From assembly GCA_023245775.1 (NCBI GenBank), contig JAHFJR010000002.1, positions 1,902-65,901 on the forward strand: 64,000 nucleotides of DNA, given 5' to 3'. Of this stretch, positions 36,825 to 45,966 are shown piece by piece (the first letter of the stretch is position 1; every line of letters starts with the position of its first letter). The position numbers and the translations under genes are program-made. A model generated the notes under the pieces. That model was given only the letters and a program-made list of their open reading frames with translations. It did not search any database and was not told where the DNA came from. This stretch comes from Candidatus Peribacteria bacterium. Its GTDB lineage: Bacteria; Patescibacteriota; Gracilibacteria; Peribacterales; Peribacteraceae.

Positions 36825-38321
36825 ATGATCGATCCGCGCATCTTCCGTGCCTACGACATTCGTGGCAAAGCCCATGAGCAGCTCACTGAGGAGGCGTGCC
36901 TGCTGATCGGCAGAGCGTTCGGGGAGATTCTGCAGGAGAAATATGGGAAAGAGAACAAGCACCCGGCGGTCGTTGTTGGGCGCGATGCACGGCTACATAG
37001 TCCTGTGTTTGAAGAAAAAATTGTCGAAGGGTTACTCTTGGCAGGTTGTCAGGTTTTTCGCATCGGCCAGACACCGAGTCCCATTAACTACTTCACGATC
37101 TGTACCAAGAAATTCGACGCCGGCGTGCAGGTCACGGCGAGTCATAACCCGAAGGAAGATAATGGTCTGAAGCTTCAGATTCGTGATGCAGAAGCGTTCT
37201 CTGGAGAGGATTTGCAAGATCTTCGTAGGCGCATTGAACGCTCACTACAAGATTCCCCTCTCCCTTCGGGAGAGGGGCTAGGGGTGAGGGAAGGGCAGGC
37301 AGGGGTGAGTGCCGAAAACTTCGATGCAATCACCCCTTACACCTCTTTTCTGACGCAACTTTTCCCCAACGTCGGCCAGGGCAAGAAAATCGTCGTCGAT
37401 GCCGGCAACGGGGTCGCGGGGCCCGTGTACTGCGAGGTGCTGAGGAAGGTCGGCTGTGAGGTGATCGAGATGTACACCGAACCGGATGGGAATTTCCCTA
37501 ATCACGCGGCGGACCCGAGCAAACATGCGACCCTCAGAGAACTGCAAAAACGAGTGGTGGATGAGAAAGCCGATTGCGGATTTGCATTCGACGGTGACGG
37601 AGATCGCATTGGGCTCATCGATGAGAGGGGCGCGATCGTGACGGCCGATTCAACCTTACTCCTCCTCGCGAAGGATCATCTATCGCGTCATCCGAAAGCG
37701 CCGATCATCTTCACCGTGAGTAACTCGAGCCTGCTCGAGAGCGAGGTGAAGGCGTGGGGCGGAGTCCCCGTAATGTGCAAGGTCGGCCACTCGTTCGTGG
37801 AGCATGCGATGCGAGAGCACGGAGCCAAACTCGGCGGCGAGCAGTCGGGACATTTCTTCTGTGGAGAGGATTATTTCGGATTTGATGACGCGCTGGTTGC
37901 GGGACTCAGGATGTTGGCGATTCTTGGATCAACGTGGGCCGAACGCCCGCTCCCTTTGATGGAATCTACAACACAGAAGAAACGGAGCGCCCGTTCGGGG
38001 CGCGTTGACTCGAGAGTATCCGTTTTGATCTCAGCTTTCCCTCGCACCTACCAAACCCCCGAATTCCGTCCACACTGCGCAGATGAGAAAAAATCCGAGG
38101 TCGTTCGTCTTGCCACAGCGCACTTTGCAAAAAAATACCCCGTCGTCACTCTCGACGGCGCACGCATCGATTTTGGTGATGGCGCATGGGCGGGGATACG
38201 AATAAGCAATACGAGTCCGTGCCTGAGCATCTGCATCGAGGCGCGGAGTCCGAAAAAGTTGAAACACGTGGAATCGGAGGTTTTGGAACACTTGAAGACC
38301 TATCCGGAGGTCGAGTTGTAG
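36825..38321 (+). CDS. Phosphomannomutase/phosphoglucomutase with two palindrome-derived insertions
   Basis: IFRAYDIRG, TASHNP, DGDGDR, GEQSGH, RISNT. Confidence 0.94.
   Translation: MIDPRIFRAYDIRGKAHEQLTEEACLLIGRAFGEILQEKYGKENKHPAVVVGRDARLHSPVFEEKIVEGLLLAGCQVFRIGQTPSPINYFTICTKKFDAGVQVTASHNPKEDNGLKLQIRDAEAFSGEDLQDLRRRIERSLQDSPLPSGEGLGVREGQAGVSAENFDAITPYTSFLTQLFPNVGQGKKIVVDAGNGVAGPVYCEVLRKVGCEVIEMYTEPDGNFPNHAADPSKHATLRELQKRVVDEKADCGFAFDGDGDRIGLIDERGAIVTADSTLLLLAKDHLSRHPKAPIIFTVSNSSLLESEVKAWGGVPVMCKVGHSFVEHAMREHGAKLGGEQSGHFFCGEDYFGFDDALVAGLRMLAILGSTWAERPLPLMESTTQKKRSARSGRVDSRVSVLISAFPRTYQTPEFRPHCADEKKSEVVRLATAHFAKKYPVVTLDGARIDFGDGAWAGIRISNTSPCLSICIEARSPKKLKHVESEVLEHLKTYPEVEL
37254..37291. repeat. 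CCCCTCTCCC-type hairpin within the PMM reading frame
   Basis: TCCCCTCTCCCTTCGGGAGAGGGGCTAGGGGTGAGGGA, encoding SPLPSGEGLGVRE. Confidence 0.85.
37929..38008. repeat. Inverted pair of GGAG-tagged hairpins within the PMM reading frame
   Basis: GGAGCGGGCGTTCGGCCCACGT (minus, 37932-37953) and GGAGCGCCCGTTCGGGGCGCGT (plus, 37984-38005). Confidence 0.75.
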
Positions 38322-38346
38322 AAGAAAAAACGATAGAGTGTGTGCC

Positions 38347-39993
38347 ATGAGAGCTCCTCTTTCGATGACCGGCAAGCGTTGGCATCTGAAGAATGCGGAG
38401 ATGCCGAAGGATCTCGTGGAATTCCTGAAAAAATCGCGCGGGATTTCCGATGATCCGACTGCGAAACTTTCGGATCCGTTTCTGTTTCCCGAAATGGAGA
38501 AAGCGGTCGCGCGTATCGAGAAAGCGATGCAGAAGAAAGAAACCATTGCGATTTTTGGCGATTACGATGCCGACGGCGTCACGGCTACCGCGCAGCTCGT
38601 GCGGTTCTTCCGCCGTCACGGGGTCGAGCCGGTCGTGTATCTGCCAGATCGATTGAAGGAGGGGTACGGCATGAGGAGGAAGAGTATCGATGAGTTGAAA
38701 GCAAAAAATGTTTCACTCATCATCACCGTTGATACGGGCATCTCGGCGAATGACGAAATTCTGCATGCATCAGGGCTCGGGATCGATACCATCGTGACCG
38801 ATCATCACCGAGCACAGCACGGTCGGCCTCCGGCGTTCGCGGTGATTCATCCGACCGTTCCCAGAAAATTTCCGAATCCGCATCTCTGCGGTGCGGGGGT
38901 TGCGTTCATGTTCGTACGTGCATTGGAACACGGGATCCCTTGGCAAGGCATCGAGGAAGACATCGTCCTCGCGACGATCGGTACGATCGGTGATCTCGTT
39001 CCACTCACGGGTGAAAATAGAACGCTCGTGATCCATGGCCTGCACATGATTGCAAAACTTCGGGAGGGCCCGCTCCATGATCTGATCGAGAGTGTGACAA
39101 ACGGGAAACAGATCACGAGCAGTGACATCGCTTTCCGCATTGTCCCGCGCATCAATGCTGCAGGGCGTATGCAGCATCCGGTCCTCGCCCTCGATGCGCT
39201 CCTTGAAGGCGGAGAAGCGATCGAAGTCTTGCATCGGCTGAATGGCGAGAGACAATTGGCGATCGAAGAGGCGCTCGTTCTGTTGCGACCAGACATTGAT
39301 GTCGCGGAACCATTCATCCTGGGCATCTCCCCCCACATCACCTCCGGTATTGTGGGTCTTGCTGCTGGTCGACTGACCGAAGAATATGGTCGTCCGAGTT
39401 TGATCGCGAGCGTGCAAGGAGAACACTGCGTCGCTTCACTCCGTTCGATTGAGAGTATCGATGTGATGTCCTGCCTCGAGCATCCAAGAGTTCGCCCTTT
39501 CCTTCTGGCCTTCGGTGGACATGCACAGGCTGCAGGGTGCACGTTTTTGGCTTCCAAGAGGGCTCCGTTGCAAGCCGCTCTCTCACAGTCCATTCGGGAT
39601 CTTGGTTTTTCCGATGAGGCATTGCTTCCAGTGATTGCGATTGATCATGAACTTTCTCCAGACAGTGCGCATCTGATGCTCGCAAAAAAATTACAATCTC
39701 TGGAGCCCTTTGGTGCAGGGAACGAACAGCCGGTTTTTCTCATGAAACATCTTCGTCTTGAGAGCATGAAAACAGTCGGCGCCGATGCAGCACATCTCCA
39801 GCTTGGTTTCGGTGCGCTTCAGGGAATCGCGTTCAAGATGGGCGGGCTTACTGAGTACCTGTCCATCGGAGCACCGCTTGATCTCGCCTGTTCTCTGTCC
39901 GTGAATTCGTGGAATGGACGCGAGAGTCTCCAGTTGATGGTCGAAGACATGCGAACGAGTGATCATACTGGTACCAACCCTCCCTCCATCTGA
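38347..39993 (+). CDS. recJ: ssDNA-specific exonuclease RecJ
   Basis: GDYDADG, TVDTG, TDHH, PRINAAGR, GGHAQAAG, LEPFGAGN. Confidence 0.95.
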   Translation: MRAPLSMTGKRWHLKNAEMPKDLVEFLKKSRGISDDPTAKLSDPFLFPEMEKAVARIEKAMQKKETIAIFGDYDADGVTATAQLVRFFRRHGVEPVVYLPDRLKEGYGMRRKSIDELKAKNVSLIITVDTGISANDEILHASGLGIDTIVTDHHRAQHGRPPAFAVIHPTVPRKFPNPHLCGAGVAFMFVRALEHGIPWQGIEEDIVLATIGTIGDLVPLTGENRTLVIHGLHMIAKLREGPLHDLIESVTNGKQITSSDIAFRIVPRINAAGRMQHPVLALDALLEGGEAIEVLHRLNGERQLAIEEALVLLRPDIDVAEPFILGISPHITSGIVGLAAGRLTEEYGRPSLIASVQGEHCVASLRSIESIDVMSCLEHPRVRPFLLAFGGHAQAAGCTFLASKRAPLQAALSQSIRDLGFSDEALLPVIAIDHELSPDSAHLMLAKKLQSLEPFGAGNEQPVFLMKHLRLESMKTVGADAAHLQLGFGALQGIAFKMGGLTEYLSIGAPLDLACSLSVNSWNGRESLQLMVEDMRTSDHTGTNPPSI

Positions 39994-40184
39994 AACACAT
40001 CGGTGACGGGCGATTGCAGTGCCATGGCGACTTTGTAGGCGAGCAGAACGGACGGATTCGTCGCACCACGCTCAATACTCATGATCGTCTGACGGCTAAC
40101 GCCTACCCTGAGTGCAAGCTCTTCCTGTGTCATGCCTCGCTCGAAGCGGAGACGACGGATGGTATTGTGGAGACTGGCTGGCAT
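39963..40184 (-). CDS. XRE-family helix-turn-helix regulator
   Basis: MTQEELALRVGVSRQTIMSIERG..NPS. Confidence 0.88.
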   Translation of the reverse strand: MPASLHNTIRRLRFERGMTQEELALRVGVSRQTIMSIERGATNPSVLLAYKVAMALQSPVTDVFQMEGGLVPV

Positions 40185-40249
40185 GAGACGAAGGAGAAGA
40201 GAGAATCGATACTTCGTACGTAGTGTCCGAACTCTGTGTGAGTAGACGC

Positions 40250-40280
40250 ATTGTCCATTGTCAATTATCCATTGTCAATT
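40250..40280. repeat. Heptamer tandem tract
   Basis: ATTGTCC ATTGTCA ATTATCC ATTGTCA ATT. Confidence 0.7.
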
Positions 40281-40362
40281 CGCGATATTACCTCATACCT
40301 ACCCCCTATCCGCTACACGGTCTTTTTGCTTAGAAGCAAGCGGGAGTTGTATAGTAGCAAGA

Positions 40363-40854
40363 ATGATACCTTCCCCATTCCACGGCATCTTTTCTTCTTC
40401 CGTGCACTCGCAGGAGGGAGAGACTGCTCATCAAGCGAAGGCAGTCCCTTCTCCACACAAGCATGTCAGTGCACCCCTGTCAGCTGTTCCTCTGCATCCT
40501 GCGGGAGTCGGGCAGGCCCGCCCGCCAAGCGTCGGGCAGGTGGCGCTCGATATTTTCGAGTACGACAACTACTACATCATCAAAGCGCCGATTGCTGGAG
40601 TGCGTCTCTCGGATCTCGACATCGAAGTCTCGGACAATGTCCTCACCATCCGCGGGGTCCGACGCCAAACGGATACGATTGCGGAGGATCAGTACTATTT
40701 GAAGGAGTGTTTCTGGGGTGAATTTCAGCGATCCGTCACTCTACCCTGCTCCATCGATCCTCGCAAGATCAAAGCCACGTTCAACAAGGATTCTATCCTC
40801 AAGGTCATTGTCCCCAAGCAGGAGGGAATTAAGATTGTGAGGATCAACGACTGA
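40363..40854 (+). CDS. Hsp20/alpha-crystallin small heat-shock protein
   Basis: LDIFE...DIEVSDNVLTIRG...ECFWGEFQRSVTLP...ILKVIVPK. Confidence 0.9.
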   Translation: MIPSPFHGIFSSSVHSQEGETAHQAKAVPSPHKHVSAPLSAVPLHPAGVGQARPPSVGQVALDIFEYDNYYIIKAPIAGVRLSDLDIEVSDNVLTIRGVRRQTDTIAEDQYYLKECFWGEFQRSVTLPCSIDPRKIKATFNKDSILKVIVPKQEGIKIVRIND

Positions 40855-40857
40855 GTC

Positions 40858-41263
40858 GTGGAAAGTGAAGAGTGGAACGTTGGAAGGACGATCGATGTTG
40901 GATCACATCATTCTTTGCTGGAGCAGTATTTTGGATGCCTCATTCCTGTCCTCACCCCTGCCTGCCGGCAGGCAGGTCCCGTCCTCCTCTCCACTGATGT
41001 GGAGAGGAGGTGGCCTGTGTTTCACTAAAAACAGTGCGCCCTTCTCCAGCCCTCAGGCAGGAGAAGGGTCGGGGATGAGGACCGTCAAGGCTGAAGCAGA
41101 GAACAGTAGACGCATTGCTCATGTCTGCAGCTTCTGTGTACTCCACCAAAGAATGATGGGATCCGATGTTCCGCCATCCTCGTTTATCGTAGATGCTTCA
41201 CAGCATCTGGAGAAGAGAGTACCGTCACCTTCCACCTTCCACTTTCCGCTTTCAACGTTCCAC
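40858..41263. repeat. Composite intergenic repeat: inverted heptamer tracts around a double-hairpin element with a nested perfect palindrome
   Basis: GTGGAAA-type tract 40858-40887; CCTCACCC...GGGGATGAGG 40950-41080 containing CCTGCCTGCCGGCAGGCAGG at 40957-40976; TTCCAC-type tract 41226-41263. Confidence 0.75.
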
Positions 41264-41272
41264 CCTATTTTT

Positions 41273-41926
41273 ATGAAGATCAATGTTCTCGCACTTGCCT
41301 CCTGTTTTCTCCTCGTCGCCTGCTCTGGTGATATCGCACGGGGACGAGCCGAGTATGATCGTGCGGTGCAGTACTTGCAGGGGGTGGGGAGGGAGAAGGA
41401 TGAAACGAAGGGGATTGCGCTCCTCGAGAGTGCGAGCGATGCAGGAAATGCGGATGCGCAGATACGACTTGGGTACCTGTATCTGAGAGGCAAGAGCATC
41501 GCCAAGGATGATGTGAAAGCACTCCTCCTCTTCAAGCGTGCGGCGTTGCAGGGGAATGCAGATGCGCAGTACAACGTTGGACTGGCGTACGTCAAAGGGA
41601 TTGCGACAGTGGAAAATCTGAAGGAAGCATTCGCGTGGTTTCTGAGGGCTGCCCTTCAAGGCGATGCAGGATCACAGTACAACCTCGGTGTGATGTACAT
41701 GAATGGGGAGGGCGTGGTGCGCGATCCGCTTGCTGCGTACGTGTGGTTCAAAGAGGCCACGGACAACGGGTATGAGGGTGCGAAACAGGCCCTCGAGAGT
41801 GCCAGAAGTCTCCTTTCGAGTGATCAAGTGAAGGCGCTCCGTGATGAAGTAGAGAAGATCGAACACCGTATCAAGAAGCCGAGACCCACCCCGCAGGCCG
41901 TGGAGGTCCAGACACAACCGTTGTAG
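41273..41926 (+). CDS. Sel1-like repeat lipoprotein
   Basis: Lipobox LVAC and repeats such as AQYNVGLAYVKG and SQYNLGVMYMNGEGV. Confidence 0.88.
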   Translation: MKINVLALASCFLLVACSGDIARGRAEYDRAVQYLQGVGREKDETKGIALLESASDAGNADAQIRLGYLYLRGKSIAKDDVKALLLFKRAALQGNADAQYNVGLAYVKGIATVENLKEAFAWFLRAALQGDAGSQYNLGVMYMNGEGVVRDPLAAYVWFKEATDNGYEGAKQALESARSLLSSDQVKALRDEVEKIEHRIKKPRPTPQAVEVQTQPL

Positions 41927-41935
41927 GCTCGTTCC

Positions 41936-42562
41936 ATGCGTGTCCTCCTCCTCGACAACGACGATTCGTTCACGTGGAACCTATGGCAGCTCATCCGTTC
42001 ACTCGGTGCCGACTGCGACGTGGTCCATCATCGTGAGACATCGATCGCGGAGATCAAACAATACAAACCTGATCGTATCGTGATCTCGCCAGGTCCGGGA
42101 GGCCCTGCAGAAGCCCTTCTTGCGTGTGAGGTGATCAGGAAATTTGGTCGAAAAATTCCCATCCTTGGAGTTTGCCTTGGACATCAGTGTCTGGCGCATG
42201 TTTTCGGAGGGAGGAATTCGGTGATGCGTGCGCCGAGTGTCATGCATGGGAAGACGAGCAAGGTGTTGCATGGCGGCACCAGTATTTTTTCTGGAGTACC
42301 TTCGCCCTTGAAAGTCGCTCGGTACCATTCACTGATCGTGCAGTCATTGCCGGAGGGGTTTGAGTTGCTGTGTTGGACTCAGGAGCGCGATGCTTCGCGC
42401 GGAACACAAGAAACATTGATCATGGCCATGCGGCACAAGACGTTGCCACTGTTTGGCGTGCAGTTTCATCCGGAATCTTTTTTGACGGAGTATGGAGAGG
42501 AGTTGATGAGGAATTTTCTGTACCAGCCCTCACTCCGGCCTGTGGGCCACCTCTCTCCATAA
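41936..42562 (+). CDS. pabA: Aminodeoxychorismate/anthranilate synthase component II (glutamine amidotransferase)
   Basis: DNDDSFTWNL, SPGPG, GVCLGHQ, RYHSL, QFHPES. pabA versus trpG cannot be resolved. Confidence 0.85.
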   Translation: MRVLLLDNDDSFTWNLWQLIRSLGADCDVVHHRETSIAEIKQYKPDRIVISPGPGGPAEALLACEVIRKFGRKIPILGVCLGHQCLAHVFGGRNSVMRAPSVMHGKTSKVLHGGTSIFSGVPSPLKVARYHSLIVQSLPEGFELLCWTQERDASRGTQETLIMAMRHKTLPLFGVQFHPESFLTEYGEELMRNFLYQPSLRPVGHLSP

Positions 42563-42650
42563 AAATGGAGAGAGGATGCCTAAAAATGAGAGAAGGGAGA
42601 GGCCCCCTCCTCTCCATTTTTATGGAGAGGAGGCTGGGAGGTGAGGGCTG
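42524..42650. repeat. Second copy of the about 130-bp palindromic element; supplies the pabA stop codon
   Basis: Same ends and internal hairpins as 15119-15258. Confidence 0.9.
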
Positions 42651-42664
42651 TTACAATCTTAGCA

Positions 42665-43957
42665 ATGAAGATCACGAAGCTTCATCTTCAGGCCTTCTCC
42701 CCCACCAACTTCCTCACGAAGCTCTCCGCCCACGAAACATTTCCCGTCCTCATGCGTACGGGCGAGTGGACAATTCTCAGTTGGAATCCTGTGAAGCGAT
42801 ACGAGTGGACGAGTGCGAAGAAGGCGCAGAAGGATTTGAAAAAGTTGCATGCGGCGAGACATGTGCGCTCCGCAGAGTCACTTCCGTTTGTCGGTGGCAT
42901 CATCGGATCAGTCAGCTCGGACGCTGGGTACGAATTGCTTGATCTGAAGCCAAAAGCGAAGGATCGATGGCGATTGCCAGTCGTACAGGCGGGCGTGTAT
43001 GAAGAAGCATTGCTTTGGAATGGGAAAGAGATTTTTGTCATCGGCTCAAAAAAATTTGCAGCGGAAGTTTTCAAGATTCACGGTCGCAGAGTTTCTGACA
43101 AGAAAGTTCCCACTTTAAAATTCCATTCGAGCATTCCCGAGAAAAAATATGCGGCAGATTTCAAGAAGATTCAACGGCACATTCTCGCAGGTGACGTATA
43201 TCAACTGAATCTCACGTACACGCTTGACGCGTCTTCTCCTTGTGAAGATCGCATGCTCTTTCAGAAGCTCTTTCAGAAGAATCTGGCACCCTGCGCTGCG
43301 TATCTCGATGCAGGTTCACATCGTCTGCTCTCGTTCTCCCCCGAGAGGTTTATCAAGATCGAAAAGGGCAGTATCGAAACCTGTCCCATCAAAGGCACGC
43401 GACCGCGTGGGATTGGTCCACGAGCAGATACCCGCTTCAGACAGGAATTGCTCGGAAGTGCAAAAGAACAGGCGGAGCTCTCGATGATCACAGATTTGCT
43501 CCGGAATGACATCGGACGCATCGCGACGATTGGCTCAGTGCGTGTTGCAGAGAAACGCCTTGTAAAAGGGCTCGTTGCGGTATGGCATACCAGTTCAAGA
43601 ATCGTCGCAGAACTTGATCCGAGGCTCTCGCCGATCGATGCGCTGTTCTCTATGCTCCCAGCGGGTTCGGTCACCGGCTGCCCGAAGCGACGTGCATTCG
43701 AGCTGATCGATGCGATCGAAAAAGTGCGGCGCGGTCCGTACACGGGGGTGCTGTTTTCCCTTAGCGATCACGGCGTGCTCGATAGTTCCATCGTGATTCG
43801 GACGCTCGTACGAAAAGGCAGAACACTCTCTCTCGGTGTTGGTGGCGGGATTGTCGCAGATTCCGATGTACGTTCGGAGTGGGAAGAAACGAAGCACAAA
43901 GCGAAACCATTTATCCTTGCTCCAGCAGCGCCCCTCCGTGGGCGCGGTGGTATTTGA
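42665..43957 (+). CDS. pabB: Aminodeoxychorismate/anthranilate synthase component I
   Basis: GDVYQLNL, SPERF, PIKGT, DLLRND, GSVTGCPK, GGGIVADS. No other trp genes are adjacent. Confidence 0.8.
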   Translation: MKITKLHLQAFSPTNFLTKLSAHETFPVLMRTGEWTILSWNPVKRYEWTSAKKAQKDLKKLHAARHVRSAESLPFVGGIIGSVSSDAGYELLDLKPKAKDRWRLPVVQAGVYEEALLWNGKEIFVIGSKKFAAEVFKIHGRRVSDKKVPTLKFHSSIPEKKYAADFKKIQRHILAGDVYQLNLTYTLDASSPCEDRMLFQKLFQKNLAPCAAYLDAGSHRLLSFSPERFIKIEKGSIETCPIKGTRPRGIGPRADTRFRQELLGSAKEQAELSMITDLLRNDIGRIATIGSVRVAEKRLVKGLVAVWHTSSRIVAELDPRLSPIDALFSMLPAGSVTGCPKRRAFELIDAIEKVRRGPYTGVLFSLSDHGVLDSSIVIRTLVRKGRTLSLGVGGGIVADSDVRSEWEETKHKAKPFILAPAAPLRGRGGI

Positions 43958-43979
43958 GTATGTTACAATCCAGCCGCTC

Positions 43980-44810
43980 ATGAAGCTCACCCAAGCCATC
44001 CTCCCCGTTGCGGGCTTCGGCACGCGGTTCCTCCCGTGGACGAAGGTCGTGCCAAAAGAGTTATTGCCGATTGGGAATAAGCCCATCATCGCGCTTTTGG
44101 TCGACGAATGTATGAGTGTGGGGATCCACGACATCTGTTTCGTGATCAGTAAAGGAAAAGAGTCGATCCCGCAGTTCTTCTATGCTCAGCCGCAGCTGGA
44201 ACATCACCTCGAGAAGCGCGGGAAACTGCACCTCCTTGAAGAGCTCACGAAGTATCATTCCGTCAGGTTCCATGTCGCCTATCAGGATGAGATGAAGGGT
44301 GACGGTCATGCGATCCTGCAGGCCAAGAATTGGGTGGATTCGGAGCAAATCGCCATTCTCTACGGTGATGATCTGATCAAAGGGGACCAGAACGGTTTGC
44401 AACAACTCGTGAGCGCTTTCGATGCATTGGAATCGAAGAAAGATGCAGCAATGCTCTGTCTGCAGGACGTTGAGAGGAAACTCGTCTCAAAATACGGCAT
44501 TGTGGACATCAAGCCCGACAAGCATAAGAGTCGCACGAAGAAAATTCTAGGTTTGGTGGAGAAACCGAAGCCCGAAGAGGCGCCGTCCACACTCAGTATC
44601 GTCGGCAAGTACCTCATCCCCCGTTCGACGATTGCCGAGCTCGAGAAGGTCGAGAGTGGACACCATGACAAGGAGATCCGTCTCATCGATGCGCTGAAGG
44701 CGCAACTACATAACAAAAAAATCTCCGTCTACGGATACGAATTCGAAGGCCGAAGATTTGATACGGGGACGCCGGAAGGATACAAGGAGGCGGTGAAGGA
44801 GCTAGGATAA
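43980..44810 (+). CDS. galU: UTP-glucose-1-phosphate uridylyltransferase-like nucleotidyltransferase
   Basis: PVAGFGTRFLP.TK..PKELLP, GDGHAIL, VEKP, RFDTG. Confidence 0.88.
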   Translation: MKLTQAILPVAGFGTRFLPWTKVVPKELLPIGNKPIIALLVDECMSVGIHDICFVISKGKESIPQFFYAQPQLEHHLEKRGKLHLLEELTKYHSVRFHVAYQDEMKGDGHAILQAKNWVDSEQIAILYGDDLIKGDQNGLQQLVSAFDALESKKDAAMLCLQDVERKLVSKYGIVDIKPDKHKSRTKKILGLVEKPKPEEAPSTLSIVGKYLIPRSTIAELEKVESGHHDKEIRLIDALKAQLHNKKISVYGYEFEGRRFDTGTPEGYKEAVKELG

Positions 44811-44812
44811 TT

Positions 44813-44845
44813 CGTGAAAGAAAACCTTGTCAGTTTTCTCTCACG
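44813..44845. terminator. Stem-loop just after galU, between convergent genes
   Basis: CGTGAAAGAAAAC-CTTGTCA-GTTTTCTCTCACG. Confidence 0.55.
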
Positions 44846-44861
44846 GGCTCTCTTTCCCTTT

Positions 44862-44973
44862 AAGGTGCGCTCCAGCAGCGGGGCCCACGCCTGCGTGCCG
44901 TAACGCCGGCATTTGCAGTGCATAAAAACGGCACTCCGGTGTGCAGGCACGAGACCCGCTGCTTCGCGGCCTT
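44862..44973. ncRNA. Candidate structured RNA or palindromic element, unassigned
   Basis: Nested stems AGCAGCGGG/CCCGCTGCT, GCCTGCGTGCCG/CGGTGTGCAGGC and AGTGC/GCACT. Confidence 0.3.
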
Positions 44974-45013
44974 TTACAATTTTTGTTGTGTATAGAAAAA
45001 CGGGAGCGGGTGG

Positions 45014-45256
45014 CTACCCGCGTTTATAAATCTTGTCCCTGTAATCTGCATCAACGACGATCCATGATCCCATTTCGTTTTTTGTGAAGACGATGCGTAT
45101 GTCTCCGATACGGCATCGATAGGTGTTTCTCTTGCCGGACAACGGTTTTAAATCAAGGTCATCCCAGCGGCCGTTTAGAAATTGATCCACAGCACCAATG
45201 ATTCGTCGTTGAATCTTCGGTTGCTGCCTTCGGAGAAACTTTTCAAAGTGATTCAT
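45014..45256 (-). CDS. RelE/ParE-family toxin
   Basis: FEKFL...DLKPLSG...YRCRIGDIRIVF...RDKIYK. Confidence 0.8.
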   Translation of the reverse strand: MNHFEKFLRRQQPKIQRRIIGAVDQFLNGRWDDLDLKPLSGKRNTYRCRIGDIRIVFTKNEMGSWIVVDADYRDKIYKRG

Positions 45257-45536
45257 GGAGCGTACGTCGTTTTCTTTTAGCCATTTCTTTTCTTCTTAGC
45301 GACTTCTCCGCCATTTTCAAGCGTGCCAAAAACTCATGCCCCTCCATCCCTCTCGGGAAATGCAGCCCTATTCTGCTGTTCTTTTCATAATAAACGACAT
45401 CTTCCAGTGGTTTGATGACAAGGTTCCCTCCCGCATCCTCCTCGGCAAGAAAATTCTTCGTCTGGAAACGGTCGCGCCATTTCTTTGGGAGCGTGACGGC
45501 TCCCTTGCCCCAGAGACTGAGTGTGGTGGAAATCAT
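45243..45536 (-). CDS. AbrB/MazE-like antitoxin
   Basis: KGAVTLPKKWR...LVIKPL; overlaps the toxin start. Confidence 0.75.
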   Translation of the reverse strand: MISTTLSLWGKGAVTLPKKWRDRFQTKNFLAEEDAGGNLVIKPLEDVVYYEKNSRIGLHFPRGMEGHEFLARLKMAEKSLRRKEMAKRKRRTLHESL

Positions 45537-45633
45537 AGGAATACTAGGAAAGCTAGTAATACTAGTATATTCTTTTTCGAGAACAGTTGCAAGCAACCCT
45601 TGTCATTTCTTTCCGAATTTGTACAATCATCCT

Positions 45634-45963
45634 ATGAGAGCCTTCACTCCTGAGCATCTCGGCGAGACAAAGATTATTTCTTTTCTAGGTACAGACGATA
45701 ACAAAGTGCGACTAGTGACCGCTGTGCAGGATAGTGGAGATGGCATTATGACTGGTGTGCGAATGAATAAGAACGGAGAACTTATTTTTGGCTGGGAAGC
45801 TTATACGGGCGAAAGCCGAGAAGTGTATCAACCTCCGATTGCTGTGATGATCGAATTGCAAAATCGACTTCGCAGTGTCGTTCAGCCCTATGTTTCAGGG
45901 AACACATTTGATCGCGAAGGATTGATTGATGCCATAGGGTTTGGAGGGCATCACGGCGGATGA
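45634..45963 (+). CDS. Small hypothetical protein
   Basis: 109-aa ORF; TTGTCA...TACAAT promoter with the -10 box 6 nt before the ATG. Confidence 0.55.
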   Translation: MRAFTPEHLGETKIISFLGTDDNKVRLVTAVQDSGDGIMTGVRMNKNGELIFGWEAYTGESREVYQPPIAVMIELQNRLRSVVQPYVSGNTFDREGLIDAIGFGGHHGG

Positions 45964-45966
45964 TCA

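Noticed and set aside
40865..41272. 136-aa N-terminal extension of the Sel1 ORF
   Set aside because: It is read-through of repeat DNA; a lipoprotein signal begins at ATG 41273.
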